Below, piece after piece: positions 37,301-50,475 of a stretch of DNA of 64,000 nt (its first letter is position 1; each line of letters opens with the position of its first letter). Where the stretch lies: IMG/VR virus record IMGVR_UViG_3300032288_004702, positions 32,001 through 96,000 of that record, one strand, 5' to 3'. The position numbers and the translations under genes were made by a program. Below the pieces are notes generated by a model. The model searched no databases. It was not told the origin of the DNA and saw only the letters and a list, made by a program, of their open reading frames with translations. Source of the stretch: a virus.

Positions 37301-37529
37301 TTGTTGCCTCCTCGATTAATGGCGCAAGGAATTTTGCAAAATATAGATGACGCAATTCTCCGTATGCCCGGTTGTACTCTGCAGGGGTGAGATTTGACCT
37401 TAGCCCGCTTTTGACAGTTTTATAGTTTTCCTCGGTTACGGTCATATCCGAAACTCCGGCTAGTCCGCAGATGCGAATCATTCTTGTTTCCACATACTGC
37501 ATGTGGTCCTCTAGCGAATAGCTAATCAT
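37293..37529 (-). CDS. Hypothetical protein
   Basis: ATG 37529 with gagga RBS; overlaps both neighbours. Confidence 0.6.
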   Translation of the reverse strand: MISYSLEDHMQYVETRMIRICGLAGVSDMTVTEENYKTVKSGLRSNLTPAEYNRAYGELRHLYFAKFLAPLIEEATNA

Positions 37530-37779
37530 CGTCTTCCTCTTGTTTAAATGACGGCATTGGCGTCGACATGAAAATGCACCTAAACTTATCACCTTCTGAG
37601 TCGATGACAGCATGTTGGGTTAGGTCGTATTTTTTGGCTACCCACTCCATCTCGTCGTAATCTGCTTCAACCAGGTCTTGGTGGTCTTTTTCTTTTAGTG
37701 AATCGCCATCCCATGGCCTTCTATTTCTTATGTTTCCTATTGGTCTAAAATGCGATGAAAAATAACTGAATATACTCAT
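37522..37779 (-). CDS. Hypothetical protein
   Basis: Translationally coupled to the oxygenase gene. Confidence 0.6.
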   Translation of the reverse strand: MSIFSYFSSHFRPIGNIRNRRPWDGDSLKEKDHQDLVEADYDEMEWVAKKYDLTQHAVIDSEGDKFRCIFMSTPMPSFKQEEDDD

Positions 37780-38357
37780 CTAAACCACGTCACTAACGAA
37801 TATTTAGTCCCAGCGACCACGGGGTGCGCTATATGGAGATATGGAAAATTGCTAGGAAACATAACTACCGAACCTGCTTCGCATTCTACGGTTGTATCAA
37901 ATAGGGGGAACTCTAAACTTCCGCCCGATTCGGGGGAAACAAGGTTTGCAACCATACTGAAAACTCTGGCGTTATCCCTGAAATGGTCATAGTGGCTATG
38001 GTATTCAGACTCTGGCAAATATTTGAGCACTTGATACGGCTCGAACACTGCGCTCGCTATTAAATATTCTTTTCTATAGTCTTCCGCAACCTCAGCAACC
38101 TGGTCTCCTATTGTTCTTTGAAAAAACTTAGACAATTCGGTTTCTGGATATGGTTTCATAAATGAAACTAACGAGCAGGATAAAGAAGTGCGATATTGCG
38201 TTATGGCACCCTGGCCAACACCAGACGAACCCCATCCGAGCTCTGACCATTCATTTTCAATTTCTTCATTAAGCATATTTATAAAAGATTTCGCCATATC
38301 TGGCTCGAAAACTTCTTTATATACGGTTATGCAGGTTGCTGGTTTTTCAATTTTCAT
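37776..38357 (-). CDS. 2OG-Fe(II) oxygenase (prolyl-4-hydroxylase-like)
   Basis: RTS, YQVLKY, HYD, GGSLEF, FPSNFPYLH, VVAGTKYSLVTW. Confidence 0.92.
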   Translation of the reverse strand: MKIEKPATCITVYKEVFEPDMAKSFINMLNEEIENEWSELGWGSSGVGQGAITQYRTSLSCSLVSFMKPYPETELSKFFQRTIGDQVAEVAEDYRKEYLIASAVFEPYQVLKYLPESEYHSHYDHFRDNARVFSMVANLVSPESGGSLEFPLFDTTVECEAGSVVMFPSNFPYLHIAHPVVAGTKYSLVTWFR

Positions 38358-38776
38358 ACAACCTCAAAGGAAGATACTAAAAATTTTTCATCATTATCGA
38401 ATATGGCAAATTCATATGTGCCTGCTTCATGGAAGCGAGTTCTAAACTTTACGACGTGGCGCTCCAGGACTGTTGGTTTATGGCTAGTTTTAACCCCGGC
38501 TGGCGAAACAGTTTCCATTCTTGTTTCTCGGCCCATATTGAGAAATTCGTTTGTTACGTCTACAGAAAAAATACGGCCGGACTTAACTGTCTCGTCGTGG
38601 TTGGCGGCACAAAACTCAGGAACTGAAATAATAGAAATTGATTCCTTATTTATACCGTCTCCAATGGAGCCAGTCCTGATTGACAGCTGGGCATCTTTTG
38701 CGAGTTTTTCAGCTTCTTTTGGTACTACCAAATCATTTTCAACTAGAAAATGCGGGACATAGACAAAACGTTTCAT
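38354..38776 (-). CDS. Hypothetical protein
   Basis: Coupled 140-aa ORF. Confidence 0.7.
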   Translation of the reverse strand: MKRFVYVPHFLVENDLVVPKEAEKLAKDAQLSIRTGSIGDGINKESISIISVPEFCAANHDETVKSGRIFSVDVTNEFLNMGRETRMETVSPAGVKTSHKPTVLERHVVKFRTRFHEAGTYEFAIFDNDEKFLVSSFEVV

Positions 38777-39009
38777 TGAAGCTCATTTAGCTTACTTTCA
38801 ATTAGCTCCAAGGCCGAAACAAGACCCCTGACCCTATTGTATTCACCGGCAAATGAACCATCCGTTGATGTTGGAAGCTCGTCAACAGAAGCAAAGGTAT
38901 CCGGGTCTATGCCTAGGCGAATAAGGATGTTGTAAATCTCTGTCGTGATTCCGGCTTTCGAGTTCCGAAGGGCCATCTCTTTTTGTTGATTTGTCAAACC
39001 AAGGTCCAT
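38773..39009 (-). CDS. Hypothetical protein
   Basis: ggag RBS; coupled 78-aa ORF. Confidence 0.7.
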   Translation of the reverse strand: MDLGLTNQQKEMALRNSKAGITTEIYNILIRLGIDPDTFASVDELPTSTDGSFAGEYNRVRGLVSALELIESKLNELQ

Positions 39010-39017
39010 TTTTTCTC

Positions 39018-40769
39018 CTAAACATTCAGTAGGACATAGGAACTTCCAGAAGATGCGGAAAAATTATCCGAATCGGCCGTAAGACCAGCCCTTGTATCAT
39101 ATGTAATCGTAGCATCTATGGAGTCGGTAAGGACGAGGATTGAGCCCCCTCCACCTGCTCCACCACGCTTTCCAGTTGAGCCTATTCCGCCTGTTCCCCC
39201 TGCGCCACCCGCTCCGCCGGCGCCCCCTGCTCCGCCTGCCCCTCCAGCCCCTCCGGCGCCCCCCACTCCGCCTGGTCCGCCTGGTCCACCTGCATAGTGG
39301 CTATTGGGGTTCGGGTGTGTATGTGGTGCTACGTGGTGATGGTGCCAGGTGGGTGTAGTTGTTGGATGGTGTGCATGTGTGTGGCTATGGTGCGGAAGGC
39401 CAAAATGAGCATGGACATGTCCATCGTGTCCGCCAAACGAACCGTGATAAACGCCTGAGTGGTGATACCCGTTTCCGTCTCCATGGCTATGGCCACCGTG
39501 GCCGTTCGGCTTTTGGTGGTAGTGGGGGAACGGGTGACTGTGGCTTATCTGGAAATAAGCATGCCACCAATGACCATCCCAGTGATGAGCGCCACCATGT
39601 GGACCATCATTATGCGGGTGGTGATAGTGACCAGCATGGTGATGGTGTGGTCCTAGATAGTGATGACCCTTGCCGCCATCAACGTGGGCCCTAACGGAGT
39701 GCGCATGCCGGTCTGAGTGATTTGTGTAATGGTGATGGTGGGAATAATTTCGCGCATCAGGGTTTGGTACGGAGGTTGCCGGGTTTGAGTGAGTAATTCC
39801 AGGCGCTGCAGAGCCGGGAGTTCCTGCAGAGCCGGGAGTTCCTGTGGCCCCAGATGCTCCAGGAGAACCGCTAGCCCCACTTGCGCCAACTGCTCCGGTT
39901 GTTCCAGGGCTTCCAGCAGAACCCGTAGAACCGGACATTCCTAGTGAAATAAATTTTCCCGAACCTGTGATGTACTTTGCCACAATGCAGACAACGCCAC
40001 CACCCATCCCGCCAGTTCCTCCAGCGCCTCCAGCTCCACCAACGCCAGAAGCACCAGGACTACCACTAGCACCACGATTTCCACTAGCACCCGAAGCGCC
40101 CACGGAACCAGGTGAACCCGAAGCACCTGGATAGCCTTTTCCACCAGAAGCGCCAACGGTTGAAGCATTTGGTGGATATGCGCCATTAGCCCCTGGAGTG
40201 CCAGTAGCACCAGCGGAGCCAGCAGAACCAGGAGAGCCAGTAGCACCAGGAGAGCCGGTGGCACCAGCAGAACCAGCAGGCGAGGAACCGGATGCGCCCA
40301 CCGAACCAGTTGAGCCGCGCGAGCCACCAGACATTGGTGAAACACCAAGTGTTGGGTCAATCATTAATCCACCAGACATGGCACTAATGTCTTTATATAG
40401 GTAGGAAGGCAATGCTGTAACGCCGGGGTTGGTCCCACCGCCACCCTGACCGCCGGTTCTGTATGTTATTGCGCCAGAAGTATGACCCTTTAATGTCCCA
40501 TCAGAAACAGCACTTGCTGGCTCCCCTATGGTTCCCGATGTAACGGAACCCAAACCAATGTACCCATCGTTAACTAAAGTGTTTTTTACAAAGACTCTGT
40601 AACCGTTTGTATTGAGAAAAACGCCAGAGTTAACGGTCAAATTATTGTAATACATGTCTGAAGTGATTGATGTATCAGAAGTGATTGTTACGTCGCCGTC
40701 TGTTCCACTCCCGTAGATTCCGTCATTTCCAGAACGACCGACACTTGACTCAACCCTATTGATAGCCAT
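39018..40769 (-). CDS. Glycine-rich fibre/adhesin with inserted His-rich domain
   Basis: YGSGTDGDV...NGYRVFVKNTL core, GxxGxx arms, ~165-aa segment with ~51 His. Confidence 0.85.
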   Translation of the reverse strand: MAINRVESSVGRSGNDGIYGSGTDGDVTITSDTSITSDMYYNNLTVNSGVFLNTNGYRVFVKNTLVNDGYIGLGSVTSGTIGEPASAVSDGTLKGHTSGAITYRTGGQGGGGTNPGVTALPSYLYKDISAMSGGLMIDPTLGVSPMSGGSRGSTGSVGASGSSPAGSAGATGSPGATGSPGSAGSAGATGTPGANGAYPPNASTVGASGGKGYPGASGSPGSVGASGASGNRGASGSPGASGVGGAGGAGGTGGMGGGVVCIVAKYITGSGKFISLGMSGSTGSAGSPGTTGAVGASGASGSPGASGATGTPGSAGTPGSAAPGITHSNPATSVPNPDARNYSHHHHYTNHSDRHAHSVRAHVDGGKGHHYLGPHHHHAGHYHHPHNDGPHGGAHHWDGHWWHAYFQISHSHPFPHYHQKPNGHGGHSHGDGNGYHHSGVYHGSFGGHDGHVHAHFGLPHHSHTHAHHPTTTPTWHHHHVAPHTHPNPNSHYAGGPGGPGGVGGAGGAGGAGGAGGAGGAGGAGGTGGIGSTGKRGGAGGGGSILVLTDSIDATITYDTRAGLTADSDNFSASSGSSYVLLNV

Positions 40770-40771
40770 AA

Positions 40772-41535
40772 CTACACCCGCGTAATGTAGATATATGTTC
40801 CAGGATTTTGACCAGTCACATCTGTTGATATTCCACTAGGAAGAGAGGAACCGGAAGAAACAACAATAATCACTCCGCCACCAGCAGGAGCTGTTCCTGG
40901 TGCTTTTATATATGCCGTTCCAGAAGAAGGTCCAGAAATGTATCTTGCTGCGATTATCACAACACCACCGCCAGCCTCGCCTGCACCGCCGGCACCTCCA
41001 CGTAGGAAACTTGGTCCACCGGATGCCGTAACGGCATAACCAGTAATAGCCTGATGTGCAACTCTGAAATAGTTTGGGCCACCCATCGCATCAGTTGGAG
41101 CCGTTGCCGAATATCCAGTAGCTGAGCCACCGAGAGAATGCGTTACAGCAGTTGCTGCTTCACCACCCTGCGCAATAGAACCAGCGGTTGAATAACCAGA
41201 CGTATATCCGATTGTCGCATTCGTTCCTGCAAACTTAAGAGTCCCCTTAACGAACACCCTGTATCCGTTCGGCTGAAGACGACAGCTTGTGTTGATTGTT
41301 AGGTCGTTGAAGAACATATCGCGCGTCATTGTGTAGACGCTTGCAGAAGGGCCCATCCCAAGTATGGTTGTTGAGCCATCAAGAACAACATCACCATCCG
41401 AGCCGTTGCCGTACACAATGTCAGCACCTTCGTTGTAGTAGGCAACCCACACAGAACCATCCCACTGCCAACTCTTTGAACCGACAGTATAAATCTGGTT
41501 TGTGTATGGAGAAGACGGAAAAGTAATCGCAGGCA

Positions 41536-41536
<1 letters not shown>
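40772..41536 (-). CDS. Glycine-rich fibre protein (short paralog of 39018-40769)
   Basis: N-terminal FPSSP...WQWDG; YGNGSDGDV...NGYRVFVKGTL; GGGVVIIAARYISG. Confidence 0.82.
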
Positions 41537-45532
<3,996 letters not shown>

Positions 45533-45578
45533 GACCTCAATCGCTTCCTTATGAAACCCCCCTCAAGGGGCTATAGGG

Positions 45579-45767
45579 CTACTTTGTTTTGCCGAACGCT
45601 GCGTCGTTCTTGTTAAAGTAACGCATTGCAACGGGGAGAAGTGCAGCCCATAGCGCATTAAGTGCAGCTTTTGGGTCGCCTGTTGCAGCATATGCTGCTA
45701 CTGCTGCACCAATAACGCTTCTCGCATATGATGCGACCATTGCTTTTTGCTGGACTGATAGCTTCAT
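45579..45767 (-). CDS. Small membrane protein, holin-like
   Basis: ASYARS...ALLPVAMRYFNKNDAAFG, a pattern typical of actinophage holin-like proteins. Confidence 0.65.
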   Translation of the reverse strand: MKLSVQQKAMVASYARSVIGAAVAAYAATGDPKAALNALWAALLPVAMRYFNKNDAAFGKTK

Positions 45768-45776
45768 AATTATTCC

Positions 45777-47096
45777 TTATCCAGTTACAACGATTGTGTA
45801 ATCATTGGCCGAAATTGTTCCGTTCATCACAACAGTAACAGTGTTTACGTTTGCGCGAGTTGTATCTGCAAAAACCGTTGCGCCTGTGGCAACTTCATAC
45901 ACTTGAACCATTACATCAGTTGTATTAAAATTATGGGTTACAGTTGTTGTTGAAACACCTACTGAAGATGCAGCACATCCCTGCTTCGCAACTCTTGCCA
46001 GCGCCGGAGTGCTGGTCGTACGGCCAGTTGCCTCTGATGCGGCAGAAGCAAGGTTTGTTCTTGCACCAGACTCTGAAGATGAGCCAGTACCGCCGTCAAC
46101 AACGGCGATGTCAGTGCCATTCCATGTACCGGTAGTAATAGTGCCGAGGGTCGTAATGCTTGATTGACCAACATATGTTGACGCGATATCAATCGAGTCG
46201 GCATTGACGGTTATTCTGTCGGATGTTCCGACGGCATCAATCGTATTGCCAGCTTTAGTAAGACCGGCTCCAGCAGTGATTTGTCCAGCACCAGAAAACT
46301 GCGCCCAGTTGATTGCATCGGTTCCAACAGTAATTGGGCCATTGCTTGTTACTACCCACCCGCTATCTGCGTTTGTGGTTCCCTCTTCAACAAAAGTAAA
46401 CGCCCCACCAGATACTTCGCCGGCACCATCGAAATCTGTAGCACGAACCGCCGCACCGGTCTCCTGAACAACATAAATGCCGTTTTCTGATGCTGTGGTC
46501 TGATTCTTGACAAGGACTCTGTCTCCAGCAACTAGTGTTACTGTTGTGTCAATTGTGTCGCCGGCTTCAAGTTGGTTTGCAAGGTTTACTGGACCAGTTG
46601 TTGCCGCTCTAACTGATTGCTTTACGTCAAGGCCAGAGCGTGCAGCGTCAACATACCCCTTTGTGGCGGCATGAGCTGGGTCTGTTGGTGTAGCAACTTT
46701 TATATTTCCGCTTGCATCGCGGATAACTAGCTTACTTGCAGTTGCCTCGGATGTTGCATCACCAAGTTTTGTAAAATCTGATGACGTCATCAAACCAGCG
46801 CTTGCTGATGTAGCAAGATTTGGGGTGATAGTTATCTGTCCGCCAGACTCGGTTATTGTCAGGGCAGTTGAGTATGAGCCCCCAGACACAACACCCGCAT
46901 CAGCGCCAATGCCAGCAACTATTTTTCGCCATGCAGCTGCCGTCGCGTCATATACTTTAATAACGCCATCAACGCTATTGAAGTACATGCGACCATCGAA
47001 CAGGTTGGTATTCGGGTCAGACGCAAGAACCTCGAATGTCGCATTCAGAATTTGATTCTGATTTAGGTCAAGATTTGTTACGAATTTTGTTGCCAT
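45777..47096 (-). CDS. Fibre / virion appendage protein
   Basis: AATKGYVD, GLDVKQSVRAATT, GDRVLVKNQT...NGIYVV, C-terminal VTHNFNT. Confidence 0.82.
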   Translation of the reverse strand: MATKFVTNLDLNQNQILNATFEVLASDPNTNLFDGRMYFNSVDGVIKVYDATAAAWRKIVAGIGADAGVVSGGSYSTALTITESGGQITITPNLATSASAGLMTSSDFTKLGDATSEATASKLVIRDASGNIKVATPTDPAHAATKGYVDAARSGLDVKQSVRAATTGPVNLANQLEAGDTIDTTVTLVAGDRVLVKNQTTASENGIYVVQETGAAVRATDFDGAGEVSGGAFTFVEEGTTNADSGWVVTSNGPITVGTDAINWAQFSGAGQITAGAGLTKAGNTIDAVGTSDRITVNADSIDIASTYVGQSSITTLGTITTGTWNGTDIAVVDGGTGSSSESGARTNLASAASEATGRTTSTPALARVAKQGCAASSVGVSTTTVTHNFNTTDVMVQVYEVATGATVFADTTRANVNTVTVVMNGTISANDYTIVVTG

Positions 47097-47108
47097 TTGT
47101 CCTTGCCT

Positions 47109-47420
47109 TTAGGTCAGATAAGCGAATCCCGAAAATGCCGACGTGAACTCCACCTTTATTTGGGAATCACTAATATATGTTACCTCACCAATAACTACGG
47201 TATCTGCAGTATCAACAACGGTTATTGACGGACGACCCCCCAGCGAGTGGCTAATTACCCACTCTTCTGAGGCAACTGGCTGACTGTGAACATGTCTTCT
47301 TGTGTTGCCGCCATTTGCCGCTAAACGAACTACAACTTGATTTGGTGCATCCTGGTTTACGACAACTTTATTCGCCGTATCCTCGGTAACAATTACGTTA
47401 TTTGGGACGCTATTGCTCAT
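47109..47420 (-). CDS. Small virion adaptor protein
   Basis: WVISHSLGGRPSITVVD...FSGFAYLT. Confidence 0.7.
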   Translation of the reverse strand: MSNSVPNNVIVTEDTANKVVVNQDAPNQVVVRLAANGGNTRRHVHSQPVASEEWVISHSLGGRPSITVVDTADTVVIGEVTYISDSQIKVEFTSAFSGFAYLT

Positions 47421-47800
47421 CTCGTAACCTCTGGACTGAGATTAAAAGTTCCCTGCAAAACTCTTGACACAACATTCTGTGCGCTGATTATCTCTACGTC
47501 ATAAACTCCGCTTGTCGATACGGAGGCAGTAACATCAGCCGAGGCGTGTATCAGTATTTTATTTGTATCGCCTGCTACTGGGTTTATAGTTAGGCCGCCA
47601 TTGCCGGTCGTTAGTTCAAGAAGAAAGTTAGATGAGTCAATAGTTCTTCTAACTTGCATTCTTGCGGAGTACCCGGATAGGTCAAACGGTATAAATGTTT
47701 GACCTGATGGGTCGGTTGCTAGGTCTGGCTGCTCTATTTCAATCGTGCGAGAAAAAGTTGACCCCTGTTGGCACGTCATGTTGTAGTTACCGGCCAACAT
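47417..47800 (-). CDS. Fibre attachment protein (BppU N-terminal / LtfC-like)
   Basis: QGSTF, DLSGYSARMQVR, GVYDVEI, RVLQGTFNLSPEVTR; ATG 47800 with ggagg RBS. Confidence 0.75.
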   Translation of the reverse strand: MLAGNYNMTCQQGSTFSRTIEIEQPDLATDPSGQTFIPFDLSGYSARMQVRRTIDSSNFLLELTTGNGGLTINPVAGDTNKILIHASADVTASVSTSGVYDVEIISAQNVVSRVLQGTFNLSPEVTR

Positions 47801-47838
47801 TGCAGAAACTGCCTCCAAAATAAACGACTACACCAATG

Positions 47839-47874
47839 ATTGTAGATTATTCAGCTCCCTAGTCAGCTCAAGTA
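47839..47874 (-). promoter_or_regulatory. Putative late promoter TACTTGA-N23-TACAAT heading the fibre/tailoring operon
   Basis: Recurring motif and spacing. Confidence 0.55.
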
Positions 47875-47955
47875 TTTACTGCATCTGCCTTTAATTGTCT
47901 CAATATCTATTTATGTTCAAGGTCCGCAATTTTAGAATAGTCTTGAGAAGATTTT

Positions 47956-49047
47956 ATGAAGAAGCCGCAAAAACCTACAGTTGCATTTCTCACGCATGAC
48001 TGGGCGTGGGGAACCGACCCACTCCAGCCAAATGGATGTGCATGGTATAGATGCAAGCTCCCGTCAGATGAGCTCAATAAGCGTGGATGGTTTACCGCAA
48101 CTGGTTTCCCTGGATTTAACAACCAGCGAGGATTTGGGATGTTGGTGGACGGGGGGAGGGCTGTTCACGGCTGGGACATAATAGTTTTAAAACTGTTGAT
48201 GCAGAAAGAGATACTCGAGTCAATCCCAAAAGCTCAAGCTATGGGCCAAAAAATAGTTGTAGATATTGACGACTGGTTTGACGGATTGTCTAAGTCGAAC
48301 AGGGCGCATGAAGCAACAGACCCAAAGAAGAACCCTGCGTCAAATAGGGAAATCTATGCCCAAATAATTATGGCAGCAGACGCTGTCATCACGTCAACAC
48401 CGTTTCTTTTCGAGTACTACGGCAAAAAGCGTGACAATGTATTTATGGTCAGAAACGGCATAGACCTTGATAGATGGAAGAAAAAATCAATAACAAATAC
48501 GCGAAAGACAAGAGTTGGGTGGGTTGGGGCAACCCACTGGCGGTCAAACGACCTAGAACAATTGTCTGGCTTTATGGGGAAATATATAAGGTCTCGCAAT
48601 ATTCTATTTCATCATTCGGGGCATAACGACAGTGCGCCATTGGCCAGCGAACTAATAGGTGTTGATAGGTCTCTGTCAAAAACGAGCCCAATGGCCCCAA
48701 TACTTCAATACCCGGCGTTATTAACTCCGATTGATATTGGAATTATCCCACTTAACAACATTCAGTTCAACCATGCTAAATCTTTTATAAAAGGCCTTGA
48801 GTATGCCGCTGCTGGCGTCCCTTTCATTTCTTCATACTCACCCGAGTATCAGTATTTAGCAGACAACGGAATAGGACGCATAGCTAATACAGAAAAAGAA
48901 TGGATATATCATTTAGACGAATTGCTAGACATCAATAAAAGACGGGATGATGCATTGGAAAACCTTTCGCACATACACAAGTTTTCAATGGATTCTCGAG
49001 GGGACGACTGGGACGCAACAATGAGATTTATAAAGGACAACATATGA
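47956..49047 (+). CDS. Glycosyltransferase (GT-B)
   Basis: GCAWYR, VVDIDD, VGWVG, DIGIIPL-x4-FNHAKSFIKGLEYAAAGVP. Confidence 0.88.
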   Translation: MKKPQKPTVAFLTHDWAWGTDPLQPNGCAWYRCKLPSDELNKRGWFTATGFPGFNNQRGFGMLVDGGRAVHGWDIIVLKLLMQKEILESIPKAQAMGQKIVVDIDDWFDGLSKSNRAHEATDPKKNPASNREIYAQIIMAADAVITSTPFLFEYYGKKRDNVFMVRNGIDLDRWKKKSITNTRKTRVGWVGATHWRSNDLEQLSGFMGKYIRSRNILFHHSGHNDSAPLASELIGVDRSLSKTSPMAPILQYPALLTPIDIGIIPLNNIQFNHAKSFIKGLEYAAAGVPFISSYSPEYQYLADNGIGRIANTEKEWIYHLDELLDINKRRDDALENLSHIHKFSMDSRGDDWDATMRFIKDNI

Positions 49048-49865
49048 ATACTGAATATAAAGAACACCTTGAAGCACAGTACGCAGAACTAACAGTTCCG
49101 GCTCCAGAACCAGGGCCAGCGGACTGGAATGACGATGGTTTTGTAATCAAGAAGGGGTTGATACCGGAAAATCTGATGGAAGAGTACGAGGCATGTTGGA
49201 TTGACAACAATGCAGAGTACGTAGACGGGAAGCTATCAATGACACGGCCCGGCGGATGGCCAGACTGCACACCGTACCGCAGACATCAAGAAGTGATGGA
49301 CATCCTCACCTATAAGGAAATATCCGACACAATGGAGGAGCTAATAGGCGAACCAGCTGCTGTTCACCTAAACCTAACTGGGTGGGTAACAACAACTAGA
49401 GATTGGCACCAAGATACGTATCTCAATCCTCCGCATGTTGGCGATTACTACGTGGCAATCTGGATAGCACTAGAAACGATAAATCCAGATTCTGGGCCAT
49501 TTCAACTGGTTCCAGGCTCGCATAGATGGCCAACTGTTACTCAGGAAAAAATCCTTAACGCTCTTCCAGAAGATAAACGCGATTATCGTTGGCCTCGATT
49601 CAGTGAAGAAATACTGACTCCAATATTTACGCACGAAATAGAAAAAAGAAATGCTGAAGTTTTGACTTATTTACCGGAGCGTGGAGACGTTCTCTTTTGG
49701 CATGGTCGACTGCTTCATAGGGGTTCAAAGCCAAATAATCCATCGCTTGCGCGTAAATCGCTGATTGCTCACTATTCAGGAATAAACCACAGACAGGATA
49801 TGCCAAAAGCATTAAAACACGTAGATGGATGGTACTTTCCAATAGATGGGGGTAATAACGTATGA
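49044..49865 (+). CDS. Phytanoyl-CoA dioxygenase (PhyH) family 2OG-Fe(II) oxygenase
   Basis: DGFVI, WHQD, WIALE, GPFQLVPGSH, GDVLFWHGRLLHRG, RKSLIAHY. Confidence 0.9.
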   Translation: MNTEYKEHLEAQYAELTVPAPEPGPADWNDDGFVIKKGLIPENLMEEYEACWIDNNAEYVDGKLSMTRPGGWPDCTPYRRHQEVMDILTYKEISDTMEELIGEPAAVHLNLTGWVTTTRDWHQDTYLNPPHVGDYYVAIWIALETINPDSGPFQLVPGSHRWPTVTQEKILNALPEDKRDYRWPRFSEEILTPIFTHEIEKRNAEVLTYLPERGDVLFWHGRLLHRGSKPNNPSLARKSLIAHYSGINHRQDMPKALKHVDGWYFPIDGGNNV

Positions 49866-50440
49866 GCAACTATCTAAACGCTGGATGTGGAACGCATTAC
49901 GCAAAAGGTTGGATAAATACAGATACATGGGAGACAGACGACACAACCCCAGATGTTCGTGTTGAGCCAGGAAAACCGTACCCATTCGAGGAAAATTTTT
50001 TTGATGCCGTATTTCTGGGGCATGTTCTGGAGCACATTCCATGGAAAGAAGTTCCGGCATTCCTCGCAGATATGAAGAGGGTCGCAAAACCGGGAGCAAA
50101 GTTTTTAATATGTGGTCCCGACGTCTTCAAGACAATCCATAGATGGGCGAATGGGCAGGAACCATGGGAAATGGTTATGTCGGTATTGGAGCATCTTGAC
50201 GTAGAGAATCACAGCGTGCCTGGTCTTGAGTGGTGGGATGGGGCACATCATCATTGGAATTGTCATAACGACCGTGTTGTAAAACTGCTTGATTCATGTG
50301 GTTTCTCGAACATTACTGACGTATTTGATGTAATTCCAAAGAATCCTCTTGGGAAAAACTGGAATGACGGGAAAATAAACTGGCCAGTCGTCGGTCATTG
50401 GCATTGGCACTTTGCGGTTACTTGTATAAACAATAAATAA
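49862..50440 (+). CDS. Class I SAM-dependent methyltransferase (type 11-like)
   Basis: LNAGCG, PFEENFFD, HVLEHI, RVAKPG. Confidence 0.88.
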   Translation: MSNYLNAGCGTHYAKGWINTDTWETDDTTPDVRVEPGKPYPFEENFFDAVFLGHVLEHIPWKEVPAFLADMKRVAKPGAKFLICGPDVFKTIHRWANGQEPWEMVMSVLEHLDVENHSVPGLEWWDGAHHHWNCHNDRVVKLLDSCGFSNITDVFDVIPKNPLGKNWNDGKINWPVVGHWHWHFAVTCINNK

Positions 50441-50454
50441 TAATACTGTAAAAT
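50419..50454 (+). promoter_or_regulatory. Putative late promoter TACTTGT-N23-TAAAAT
   Basis: Recurring motif and spacing; upstream of the PA14 gene. Confidence 0.5.
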
Positions 50455-50475
50455 TGCTCCGGGTGTATCGGAGGA

